Virus record (IMG/VR): IMGVR_UViG_3300034375_009562
Location: 1-58,908 of that record
Direction: 5' to 3' (one strand)
From: a virus
Taxonomy: Duplodnaviria; Caudoviricetes
DNA: 58,908 nucleotides
Part shown: piece after piece, positions 36,893 through 44,898 of the stretch
Numbering within the stretch: position 1 is the stretch's first letter
Layout: each line of letters starts with the position of its first letter
Program-made: the position numbers and the translations under genes
The notes under the pieces: generated by a model
What the model was told of the DNA's origin: nothing
Databases searched by the model: none
Seen by the model: only the letters and a program-made list of their open reading frames with translations

Positions 36893-37198
36893 CTAAACTC
36901 CAAAACTCTCACCACAACCGCACTGAGCTGTAGCATTTGGATTTATTACTTTAAGATATGATCCACCTAGTTCAGAAATATAATCTACAGAAGACCCTAA
37001 AACAAACATCTCAGCTAATTCATCTAAAACTAAAATATCTTCTATCAGTGTACCTTTATCGGTGTCGTTAGTCAAATCCCATTTATATTGAAAGCCAGAA
37101 CACCCTCCACCTTCAACACTTAAGTATACATATTGTTTAGAGTGTTCTGCAGTAATTTTTTTTAAATATTCTTTAGCTTTGTGTGTTAGGTTTAACAT
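36893..37198 (-). CDS. IscA/HesB family Fe-S cluster assembly accessory protein
   Basis: GGGCSGFQY, NPNATAQCGCGESF. Confidence 0.95.
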   Translation of the reverse strand: MLNLTHKAKEYLKKITAEHSKQYVYLSVEGGGCSGFQYKWDLTNDTDKGTLIEDILVLDELAEMFVLGSSVDYISELGGSYLKVINPNATAQCGCGESFGV

Positions 37199-37412
37199 TT
37201 TTCACCTTTTTTGGTGCAGTCTTAACAGGTTCTGGAGCCTTAACAGGCTCTGGAGCCTTAACAGGTTCTGGAGCTTTGACAGGTTCTGGGGCCTTTCTAT
37301 CAGCTAAAAATATTTTAATAGATGAAGGTCCGTACCCTGCACGTCCTAAATATGTTTTAGCTTCTTCGTCATTCATTGAAGCAATTGCTTCCATAACTTG
37401 TTCATCATTCAT
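37173..37412 (-). CDS. hypothetical protein with KAPEPV tandem repeats
   Basis: AGGAG SD; KAPEPV x4. Confidence 0.65.
   Translation of the reverse strand: MNDEQVMEAIASMNDEEAKTYLGRAGYGPSSIKIFLADRKAPEPVKAPEPVKAPEPVKAPEPVKTAPKKVKNVKPNTQS
37221..37296. repeat. 18-bp coding tandem repeat x4
   Basis: (TT)AACAGGTTCTGGAGCC units with third-position variation. Confidence 0.85.
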
Positions 37413-37414
37413 TA

Positions 37415-38065
37415 TTAATCTCCTTGATAAGGTGCGCCCTCATCGTTAAACTGTGTAAAGTATGAGTTATCTGTAAAAACATTTCTAGAATTTTCTACAG
37501 AATAAACTGTTTGGTCTATTAAGTAACCAGGGTTTTCTTTAATTGGATTATAAACCCAGGCATCATCTTGCCAAATAATTCTATTATTAGGATAGGCAAA
37601 AAAATTACCATCATCCATAGCAAATAAATGTGCACATTTATGTTCAGGATGCTCAGAAAAATTAGTATCAGTATTACCTGCTTTATTTTCCCAGCCCCAG
37701 TCTAGTGTATAGCGATAGATACCTGTATGTTTATTTCCTTTGTAGTCTATCAAAGTACCTCTTAAATTTGCTAGTCTATTTCTAACCTGTACATCAATAT
37801 AAGGCGAAAAACAATCCCAGTACATATGTATATTTAAAGGTAGCTTTGGAGCATCTTTCTTCCAACAAAAAGCGTGTATAGGTCTTCTTGTCCAGTTTAC
37901 TCCGTTTTCCAAGAACGCTTCGAAAAGTGGTACTCGTTTTTCCATTGAAACAACAGAGTGAATATCACAAGGGGTATAGTCTCCGTAGCCTTTTGTATGA
38001 TTATAAAGATACTCGTTTCTAATATAAGCTGTTATACAAGGTAAATTATGATTTAAGTATGCCAT
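37415..38065 (-). CDS. conserved phage hypothetical protein
   Basis: MAYLNHNLP, LENGVNWTRRPIHAF, WDCFS, EHKCAH, GNFFAYPNNR. Confidence 0.75.
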   Translation of the reverse strand: MAYLNHNLPCITAYIRNEYLYNHTKGYGDYTPCDIHSVVSMEKRVPLFEAFLENGVNWTRRPIHAFCWKKDAPKLPLNIHMYWDCFSPYIDVQVRNRLANLRGTLIDYKGNKHTGIYRYTLDWGWENKAGNTDTNFSEHPEHKCAHLFAMDDGNFFAYPNNRIIWQDDAWVYNPIKENPGYLIDQTVYSVENSRNVFTDNSYFTQFNDEGAPYQGD

Positions 38066-38820
38066 TTAAGTTTTTCTAAGTAGGTTAATTGATGAGTATA
38101 AAGATCATCTATAGTTTTAATCTTATCATCTTGTTCACATAACCATCTAAATTCTTCTATATTATTAGACCAGTATCTACCTGTCCACCATTGAAATCCT
38201 CTCTTTAGTGATTTATAAATAGAGTCAGAATTATAGGCTAAACCTAAATATAAAAAACTAAGATGTAGTTTTTTAACAAACTGTATTTCAATATACGAAG
38301 ACAGCTTTCCGACTGAAAGGCTTGGATCGCTATAGTTCCACCAAAAAAATTCTGCAAAGGGTGAAGCATTCCATATTGAAATTTTTGTTATTGCTATCAA
38401 TTGGTTGTTTAAATAAAAATGAATAAAGTATCCAGGTTGTGATTTAGTAAAGTATTGTTTTATATATTCATACCTTGCAACATCACTGAAACCTTTATAT
38501 TCACAATATTGAAGATATAGCTCATATATACTGTGAATATCATTTACTTCTTCTTTTATTTCCCAAGTAACAGGAGTATCTCTAACTAAAAGTTTGCTTT
38601 TTCTACTCGGTGAGTAGTCTTCTATATTAATTCTAGTTTGCCTAGATTGATACCAAACTAATTTATTTGGGAAGTTAGGTAGATAAAACTCATGTGTAGG
38701 AGCCCATCCATTTTCAAAAGCATAATTCCATTCAGAATGGTCAAAATCTGCGCTAATCAAAGAGTATATAAAGTCTTTATCTCTTTGTTCACCGTGTACA
38801 TGGTCAAAATAAATTTTCAC
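38053..38820 (-). CDS. aminoacyl-tRNA-protein transferase-like (ATE/Bpt family)
   Basis: ENGW..WYQSRQTRINIEDYSPSRK; YELYLQY; SLSVGKLSSYIEIQFVKKLHLSFLYLG..SIYKS, resembling ATE_C. Confidence 0.65.
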   Translation of the reverse strand: MKIYFDHVHGEQRDKDFIYSLISADFDHSEWNYAFENGWAPTHEFYLPNFPNKLVWYQSRQTRINIEDYSPSRKSKLLVRDTPVTWEIKEEVNDIHSIYELYLQYCEYKGFSDVARYEYIKQYFTKSQPGYFIHFYLNNQLIAITKISIWNASPFAEFFWWNYSDPSLSVGKLSSYIEIQFVKKLHLSFLYLGLAYNSDSIYKSLKRGFQWWTGRYWSNNIEEFRWLCEQDDKIKTIDDLYTHQLTYLEKLKWHT

Positions 38821-39068
38821 TTGCGATAGTTTCTTGTTTTCTTAGCTATTTTTTTAGGTTGCTTTACGAACTGCTTACCTGCTTTTGATCCTTTTCTTTT
38901 TGCAGCATTAGTTGCGCGTTTTTCGCCAGAAGATAAAGAACTCCATGCAGCTTTAGGTAGGTATCTTCCTCGTTTAGCACGTGGCTTATCTTGCTCTTTT
39001 TTTGAAGAGTAACCCCATTTTTGTTTTGTCCATTTATCGAGTGATCTTTGTGATGCTTTTTTAGGCAT
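38817..39068 (-). CDS. small basic protein
   Basis: QRSLDKWTKQKW..GRYLPKAAW..GKQFVKQP. Confidence 0.75.
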   Translation of the reverse strand: MPKKASQRSLDKWTKQKWGYSSKKEQDKPRAKRGRYLPKAAWSSLSSGEKRATNAAKRKGSKAGKQFVKQPKKIAKKTRNYRK

Positions 39069-39220
39069 TATTCAGATTTCCAAATAGTCCATGCGCCATA
39101 AGCTATCATGCCGTAAGCAATTAAACTTACAGGAGTAATAATCATTGCTACACCAGTAGCAATTAGTATAATACCATCCCAAGATGTTCTTTCTTTTAGT
39201 CTACTTTTTATCCAACCCAT
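39068..39220 (-). CDS. small membrane protein (50 aa, not in ORF track)
   Basis: MGWIKSRLKERTSWDGIILIATGVAM...GAWTIWKSE; coupled to neighbours. Confidence 0.6.
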   Translation of the reverse strand: MGWIKSRLKERTSWDGIILIATGVAMIITPVSLIAYGMIAYGAWTIWKSE

Positions 39221-39410
39221 ATCTTCTCTCCAGAATTTTACTCATTGTATTTGTTGCAGTATGTGTAAAAAATCGTGGTGCAACACCATGTATAAGTAGT
39301 GCAGGAACTAACAATTGTAGTTTTATAGCTGTTTTAAAGGCTTGTTTCATGTGCTGCAAGCCTGTTTCTCCTACGTCATTTAAGTGAGCTTTACACTGTT
39401 TACTAAACAT
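39201..39410 (-). CDS. DUF6356-like hypothetical protein
   Basis: HLNDVGETGLQHM...IHGVAPRFF. Confidence 0.65.
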   Translation of the reverse strand: MFSKQCKAHLNDVGETGLQHMKQAFKTAIKLQLLVPALLIHGVAPRFFTHTATNTMSKILERRYGLDKK

Positions 39411-39424
39411 TTTTATATTATCCT

Positions 39425-39610
39425 TTAATCACGATATCCACCACCCCTTTTTTTGTACTCCGCAGCAAGCAGTTGTGCTTTTCTAGCACTCCATTGTCCG
39501 GGTCTACCGCCTTTTGATCCTGCTTTTATTTTTTGAAATAGCTGCTTTCTAAGAGTAGGTTTAGTGTAGTTACCAGCTTGATTTACTTTTGATTTTGTTT
39601 TCTTTTTCAT
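39425..39610 (-). CDS. small basic protein (DUF5872-like)
   Basis: YTKPTLRK..KGGRPGQWSARKAQL..YKKRGGGY. Confidence 0.75.
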   Translation of the reverse strand: MKKKTKSKVNQAGNYTKPTLRKQLFQKIKAGSKGGRPGQWSARKAQLLAAEYKKRGGGYRD

Positions 39611-39768
39611 TTTTTCTTCTTTTTCTTAAGAATTGCTTTTTGAAGAGCAGCTGGAAGTTTTTTCTGAGCAGCAGTTAACCCATTACCTTTTTTCTTTTTT
39701 GGATCTTCTTTTTTCCCTTTTGATAAAAAAGCAGGTTTACCGCCTTTCATAGGCATCTTTTTAGCCAT
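39607..39768 (-). CDS. small Lys-rich protein (53 aa, not in ORF track)
   Basis: MAKKMPMKGGKPAFL...LTAAQKKLPAALQKAIL; AGGAG SD. Confidence 0.65.
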   Translation of the reverse strand: MAKKMPMKGGKPAFLSKGKKEDPKKKKGNGLTAAQKKLPAALQKAILKKKKKK

Positions 39769-39963
39769 TTATTTTCTCCTTTTCTTTCGAGCAGTTGAAA
39801 GAGCTATTGCAATAGCTTGTTTTTGTTGAGCTTTTTTCTTAGAAATACCTTTATTTTTAGCTAAAGTAGAGATAGCCTTTGATCTACTTTTACTAGGTTT
39901 TTTCATAAGCTCTTTAATATTACTTGAAATTGTTTTTTGGGATTTTCCCTTTTTCAGAGGCAT
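39769..39963 (-). CDS. small basic protein
   Basis: MPLKKGKSQKTISSNIKEL...QAIAIALS; GGAG SD. Confidence 0.75.
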   Translation of the reverse strand: MPLKKGKSQKTISSNIKELMKKPSKSRSKAISTLAKNKGISKKKAQQKQAIAIALSTARKKRRK

Positions 39964-40078
39964 TTTTTTCTCCACAAACACAGGTAACACAAACATCATT
40001 GATACACTCTGAGCATTCCACAGATTTACAATGACATTCATGTCCACAGTTTTTACAAGTTTTTATGTAGTTTTTCAT
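39920..40078 (-). CDS. Cys-rich metallothionein-like peptide (52 aa, not in ORF track)
   Basis: MKNYIKTCKNCGHECHCKSVECSECINDVCVTCVCGEK...; promoter TTGACA-17-TATTAT at 40085-40113. Confidence 0.6.
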   Translation of the reverse strand: MKNYIKTCKNCGHECHCKSVECSECINDVCVTCVCGEKNASEKGKIPKNNFK

Positions 40079-40132
40079 ATCATAATAATAACTAAATTTT
40101 TATATAGTGTCAATTATGATTTTTGGGATTTA

Positions 40133-40321
40133 CTATTCTAGTGTATAAAAATGCTTATCATATATGTTCCAAAAAGAATCATACATACGAGTTGTTACTT
40201 GAGGATATTCTTTTTGAGCCCTTAATACACTAGTGACAAACTTTCTTTCAAAGTCATTTAGTTCAAGGCTTAAGAGTTGTTTAATATTTTTTAGTGGAAT
40301 TCTTCTACGTTTTTTTATCAT
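40133..40321 (-). CDS. hypothetical protein
   Basis: 62 aa coupled to phoH. Confidence 0.55.
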   Translation of the reverse strand: MIKKRRRIPLKNIKQLLSLELNDFERKFVTSVLRAQKEYPQVTTRMYDSFWNIYDKHFYTLE

Positions 40322-40953
40322 CTTAAATACTTTATTAACTCCTTAACTAATTTACTTCTAACAACATCATCATCTTCAAACTGAACAGAGGATACAAGAC
40401 TACAGGGTTTAAGTCTTCTAAGTGACCAATCTAATCCATTTTCTTCAAATAAATCAGACTGAGTTATATCTCCTGTAATAGAGCATTTGATATTATGTCC
40501 GAATCGTGTTAAAAACATTTTCATTTGCTCAATAGTTGTATTCTGTGCCTCATCTAAAATGATAAAAGTATCATTAAAAGTTCTTCCCCTCATATAAGCA
40601 AGAGGTGCTACTTCAATTACACCATCTTTTATCATATCTTCAATTGTTTTTTTATCATATATTGAAGATAAAATATCTAACAAAGGATCTATAAAAGGAT
40701 TTACTTTTTCTTCAATAGTTCCAGGTAAATAACCAAGTTCTTCTGTAGCAACAACTGGTCTAGTTATAACTATTCTATCTATTAATTCATCTTCAAAAAA
40801 CTTTAAAGCAGCTGAACAAGCCGCATAAGTTTTGCCGCTTCCAGCGGCTCCTGTTAAATATATTAGATCAAAATGATTTAATAATTCATAATATTCTTTT
40901 TGTCTTTCAGATGGTTCAATTAGTCTTTTCGTTGTTCTTTTTTTGTAACTCAT
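40318..40953 (-). CDS. phoH: PhoH-like ATPase
   Basis: GAAGSGKT, ITRP, LGYLPG, YMRGRTF, LDEAQN, TGDITQSD, DVVRS. Confidence 0.96.
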   Translation of the reverse strand: MSYKKRTTKRLIEPSERQKEYYELLNHFDLIYLTGAAGSGKTYAACSAALKFFEDELIDRIVITRPVVATEELGYLPGTIEEKVNPFIDPLLDILSSIYDKKTIEDMIKDGVIEVAPLAYMRGRTFNDTFIILDEAQNTTIEQMKMFLTRFGHNIKCSITGDITQSDLFEENGLDWSLRRLKPCSLVSSVQFEDDDVVRSKLVKELIKYLR

Positions 40954-41617
40954 AAAACTGTTTTACTCTAAATTTAAGTTCTGGTATATAGTTGACTACT
41001 TTTCCCTCAAAAAGTTGCATATCAACTTGATCTCCGCCGATTACAATAGCAAAGTTATTTATCTCAGTATGAAATAGGTAGTTATGTGCTACTGCATAGG
41101 CAGTCGCTTGAACATAATAGTTTTTAATTGTAGAAGGATATTTTTTCTTTCTGGAAGTTTTAAAGTCAATTATAGAAAGAGTATCATTCCATAAACCGAT
41201 ACCGTCAACACGACCAGCAAATCTAAGTTTTGGATGCCAAAGAGGTATTTCTTGAGCATACGGAATAAAATTATTTTTTTCACACTCTTTTATAATTGCG
41301 CGGGTAGGTTGTCTAATCTTAACAGGTTCTTCATGTAGTCCAGACTCTAAAAAGTATTTAGAAAACTCCCTATCGTCTTGTTTAAAATACTGCTCTATGT
41401 AATCGTGCACAGCCGTACCTCGCTCAGATGCTTCTTGCATCACACGATCAGCTTCTGCATCGCCAACTTTTTTACGCCAGCGAACTAAGAATGATTTGTC
41501 TGAGGTTGCACTAAGAATTGTAGTGATAGAAGGGTATGTTCCAGCTGGGGTCTTATAAACTCGCCCATCAGGAGAATCAATGTTATATGCTTCTTCGCAA
41601 ATTGAATAATCAAACAA
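40916..41617 (-). CDS. PD-(D/E)XK exonuclease
   Basis: YPSITTIL, RGTAVH, AGRVD, IIDFKTS, QATAY. Confidence 0.88.
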   Translation of the reverse strand: MFDYSICEEAYNIDSPDGRVYKTPAGTYPSITTILSATSDKSFLVRWRKKVGDAEADRVMQEASERGTAVHDYIEQYFKQDDREFSKYFLESGLHEEPVKIRQPTRAIIKECEKNNFIPYAQEIPLWHPKLRFAGRVDGIGLWNDTLSIIDFKTSRKKKYPSTIKNYYVQATAYAVAHNYLFHTEINNFAIVIGGDQVDMQLFEGKVVNYIPELKFRVKQFYELQKKNNEKTN

Positions 41618-41942
41618 TGGTAAATCTTTCTCTAAGGTTATCTGGTTTTTCTCTTATAAAACCTTCTGATTTAAGTTCTTCTACCATTTCTGACCATAGT
41701 TTTTTAGATCGAGCAAGCTCTTCTTCGCTTCTTGCTGGTAGATCTATTCCATTCATAGTTGATAAAAATGCAGAGGCGAGAAAAAGATTAGCAGAACCTA
41801 TTTCTCTAGTAGGAATATCATCTACTAGTCTCTCTTCTACTAATTCTATTGAACTTACTTTTAAATCGTCATCTGCTCCTCTATAAACATCTAGAGGGTC
41901 TTCCATTAAGTAAGTTTTAAATAAAGTTTTTACGTCTGTCAT
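41610..41942 (-). CDS. hypothetical protein
   Basis: 110 aa coupled ORF. Confidence 0.6.
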   Translation of the reverse strand: MTDVKTLFKTYLMEDPLDVYRGADDDLKVSSIELVEERLVDDIPTREIGSANLFLASAFLSTMNGIDLPARSEEELARSKKLWSEMVEELKSEGFIREKPDNLRERFTIV

Positions 41943-42235
41943 GATTGGTTGAAAATTCCTAGTATAGTATAAGTAAAAGTAGCTATACCAGTAATTAACG
42001 CTCCTACAAACAAAAGAGTTCTAAAAGATGTTCGCCCTTGGGTAGCCATTTTATGTAGTTCTGCAATTTGTTTTGAATTATCCTCTATAGCTTTATCCAT
42101 TTTTTCTAGGGTTTTCTGAAGTTGTTCATATCTTTCAGCACAAACAGCTTCATGTGTACTCAAATCACTTTTAGTTTGTTGAGTACGTTCATGAAGCCAA
42201 TTTATGTTCTGCGTTGTTTCAGGAGTAGTTTCCAT
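41939..42235 (-). CDS. coiled-coil protein with C-terminal TM
   Basis: HEAVCAERY motif, C-terminal hydrophobic helix; promoter TTGACT-17-TAAACT at 42242-42270. Confidence 0.7.
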   Translation of the reverse strand: METTPETTQNINWLHERTQQTKSDLSTHEAVCAERYEQLQKTLEKMDKAIEDNSKQIAELHKMATQGRTSFRTLLFVGALITGIATFTYTILGIFNQS

Positions 42236-42281
42236 GTTTTGAGTTTACCACCTTACTACTAGGCAGTCAAAAAAAATATTA

Positions 42282-42803
42282 TTATTTTTCCCACCTGTAA
42301 AATATATGATCATCTATTTGTGTCACTCTTATATGATCTTTTCCCCAATCAGGAGCGACATAGTATGCGTGATAATGAGTAGAGCCCTCAGTAATATCTA
42401 TAAAAAGAACTCTTTTATCTAAAAATAAACCAGCAACTTCTAACATTTTTTTATATGTTTTAAAGTCTTTTATTTCGTCTGCTTTACCATCACACCACCA
42501 AGAAAATTGGCATTTATGACGAACAGGGTAAAAGATGCGTTCTTCTGCATCAAGAGTTGGATCTATTCTGGTTTTCCAACTTTCTTTTGTAGGTCCTTCA
42601 TAGATAACTCCACAAATTGTGTTTGGAAATCTAGTATCATTTACACGATTTATTACCACTAAAGATATTGCAATTTGACCCGCAAAACTTTGGTCTCTTG
42701 CTTCAAAATAAAGATTTTTTGCTAAACAGGTTAAATCTTTTTCATCAGCGACAGCGCTATACGCACTGAATAGTAGGAGAGTAGTAAGTAGTCCTCTGAT
42801 CAT
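42282..42803 (-). CDS. cell wall hydrolase (SleB/Hydrolase_2 family)
   Basis: CLAKNLYFEAR, NRV..RFPNTICGV, CQFSW, HYHA.YV.P.W, HIFY. Confidence 0.93.
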   Translation of the reverse strand: MIRGLLTTLLLFSAYSAVADEKDLTCLAKNLYFEARDQSFAGQIAISLVVINRVNDTRFPNTICGVIYEGPTKESWKTRIDPTLDAEERIFYPVRHKCQFSWWCDGKADEIKDFKTYKKMLEVAGLFLDKRVLFIDITEGSTHYHAYYVAPDWGKDHIRVTQIDDHIFYRWEK

Positions 42804-43641
42804 CCAAAACAACTTTAAGCACCTCATTTCCATAAATATCTGTTTTCTGCCCATAAACCATTACTCTAGATGGGTCTCTCGCAGAAACCATTTCACTAGG
42901 ATTTGAAGGAAATCTAGTATAGTTCCCATGAGAAGCATACAAATCAGAATAAGATTGAATAGTAGCTCCTCCACTTTCATAAGAGGATTTTAACACTTTT
43001 ACAATAGCTTTGTATAGCCTTGTCAGATCTTCGTCTGAAAGCTCTTCAATCTTTTTAAAAGGTGAGATGCTAGATAAAAATAAAGACTCACTTTTATAGA
43101 TATTTCCTACCCCACTTATATACTTTTGCTCCATTAAAAATTTTACAATAGACTTGCTTGAATACTTTCTACAAATATTTATGAAGTCTGAAATAGAACA
43201 AGGTGCGTTTAACATATCAGGACCGATAGTTCTTAGTTTTTTATGAAGTTCTTCTATACCGTTTACAAACTTTAGAGTCCCAAAATTTCTAGCATCACAA
43301 TAAAAAACATCAAATGTTTCAGTCTCATATCTATTTACCCGAGTTAAAGTAAATCGTACTCTGGAATGTTTGTTCTCTTCAAGTTTATAGTTACCACTCA
43401 TTCCTAAAGTAGAGTAGATGAACCAGTCTTTTTCTAGTTCCCACCAAATAAATTTTCCTTTATTATTAACTGATTTTACAAGTAAATCACCTTTTGCTAA
43501 TAATTCTAAAAAATTAAAATACCCATCTGGTGCTTTTTTGGTGTATCTACCTGAAATAGGCTCAATGTCGTTTAAAAAAGTATTCCCGACAACAGTATTT
43601 AGCTGTCGGGATACTCTAGTTACTTCTGGACCTTCAGGCAT
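42757..43641 (-). CDS. Fpg/Nei family DNA glycosylase/AP lyase, zincless-finger type
   Basis: MPEGPEV, KGKF, LGMSG, DARNFG, GPD, H2TH ISGVGNIYKSESLF; RTTYY without CxxC pairs. Confidence 0.92.
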   Translation of the reverse strand: MPEGPEVTRVSRQLNTVVGNTFLNDIEPISGRYTKKAPDGYFNFLELLAKGDLLVKSVNNKGKFIWWELEKDWFIYSTLGMSGNYKLEENKHSRVRFTLTRVNRYETETFDVFYCDARNFGTLKFVNGIEELHKKLRTIGPDMLNAPCSISDFINICRKYSSKSIVKFLMEQKYISGVGNIYKSESLFLSSISPFKKIEELSDEDLTRLYKAIVKVLKSSYESGGATIQSYSDLYASHGNYTRFPSNPSEMVSARDPSRVMVYGQKTDIYGNEVLKVVLDDQRTTYYSPTIQCV

Positions 43642-43964
43642 TACTTAATCCAGTTTTCTGTTGAATAAGAACTAGTCCAAACATATTCAACCTGAAGCAA
43701 CTTTTGCATTGCAAAAATATCTTGACACTCGTTCATAATTTTGATACACTCATTTGTAAACTTTGTAAAGATATTAGTATTGATTGCATCTACTGGATAA
43801 CCAAATTTTTCAGCAGGATGCTTATACAAGTGTTTTGAATAGTAAGTAGGGTTATTAAGTTTAAGGATTAAAGGTTTCAATTCTCTTTTTAAGTCGTCAC
43901 AGCTTTCATAATCAGCCTGAAGAATTGCTTTGATTGAGATAAAATCTTTTATATACTTATTCAT
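43641..43964 (-). CDS. hypothetical protein
   Basis: coupled ORF. Confidence 0.6.
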   Translation of the reverse strand: MNKYIKDFISIKAILQADYESCDDLKRELKPLILKLNNPTYYSKHLYKHPAEKFGYPVDAINTNIFTKFTNECIKIMNECQDIFAMQKLLQVEYVWTSSYSTENWIK

Positions 43965-44206
43965 TAGAAGATCTCCAATAGAGTTGATGGGTATTGTCCC
44001 CAGTATTCTTTCTTATCGTAATAAGGGGCTGTTTCAATAGACTTAATTGTCTTGTTAATGCTAATAGCAGCATGAGTCCAGACACGATGTTTCATCTCTG
44101 ATTCTCCAGCTTCTATCCTTAACATTTCCATGTCACGAATTGCTGAATGAGGATTCCATCTTACTAGATTTACACAACGACTGATTTCTGACTGGAAATC
44201 ATACAT
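43964..44206 (-). CDS. hypothetical protein
   Basis: AGGAG SD; promoter TTGCTT-17-TAATAT at 44249-44277. Confidence 0.65.
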   Translation of the reverse strand: MYDFQSEISRCVNLVRWNPHSAIRDMEMLRIEAGESEMKHRVWTHAAISINKTIKSIETAPYYDKKEYWGQYPSTLLEIF

Positions 44207-44341
44207 TTTTAACTCCTGTTTTTATTTATCGTTTCTAATACAAGAGTTATATTATCCTAAAAATAACCAATAAGCAAGAAAAAAATCAAGTTATTTGCAG
44301 GAGAGTTTTTTGGTAAGAAAAAAACTTATTGGAGTAAGATA

Positions 44342-44581
44342 ATGAAAAAGGTTTTAGGTATTTACGATATTAATAATAAAATATATGTTCAAAGAGAACT
44401 ATATAAACTATCTCTTTTAGGCTATGCAACTGAAGCTAAAGATAACTCAGACTTTTCTAAGAGATATTTAACACCGTGTTTTATCTGTTTAAAACACGGT
44501 AGTGTAGTTTCTAAACTGTTTGGGAAATACTCTTCTAACAAGGTAGAAACTTGGGTAAAAAATAAATTAAAGGTAACTTAA
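44342..44581 (+). CDS. hypothetical protein, possible degenerate thioredoxin fold
   Basis: TPCFICLKHGSVVSKLFGK resembles Trx C-terminal half; GGAG SD. Confidence 0.5.
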   Translation: MKKVLGIYDINNKIYVQRELYKLSLLGYATEAKDNSDFSKRYLTPCFICLKHGSVVSKLFGKYSSNKVETWVKNKLKVT

Positions 44582-44856
44582 TGAAAATTAATGTAAAAAG
44601 ATTTAATAACGATGTTGGTAAAGCATATAAAGTGATGATGAGAAAGTTAAATAACGAAGGCTTTTACACAGATCTTAAGAAAAGAGAGTACTTTACTAGC
44701 AAAGGTGAGCAGCAGAGACTTGATAAAAAAGTTGGTAGAAAAAGATTTTTAAAAGCTGAAAAGAAAAGACAAGAATTATTTGAAAAATTAGAACGAAGAA
44801 TACCTAACTCTAAAAGACCGAATAATAATAGGCCAAAGACCAAAAGCAAAAATTAA
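44581..44856 (+). CDS. rpsU: ribosomal protein bS21
   Basis: INVKRFNNDVGKAYKVMMRKLNNEGFYTDLKKREYFTSKGEQQR, typical alphaproteobacterial/phage bS21 pattern. Confidence 0.85.
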   Translation: MKINVKRFNNDVGKAYKVMMRKLNNEGFYTDLKKREYFTSKGEQQRLDKKVGRKRFLKAEKKRQELFEKLERRIPNSKRPNNNRPKTKSKN

Positions 44857-44863
44857 TTTTTGC

Positions 44864-44892
44864 TTGCTAAGTACTAAATTTTTTGTTAAATT
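44864..44892 (+). promoter_or_regulatory. promoter for tmRNA gene
   Basis: TTGCTA-17nt-TAAATT. Confidence 0.7.
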
Positions 44893-44898
44893 ATATTC

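Noticed and set aside
40916-41617. Cas4 / CRISPR association
   Set aside because: No four-Cys Fe-S ligands and no array or other cas genes; ordinary phage PD-(D/E)XK exonuclease
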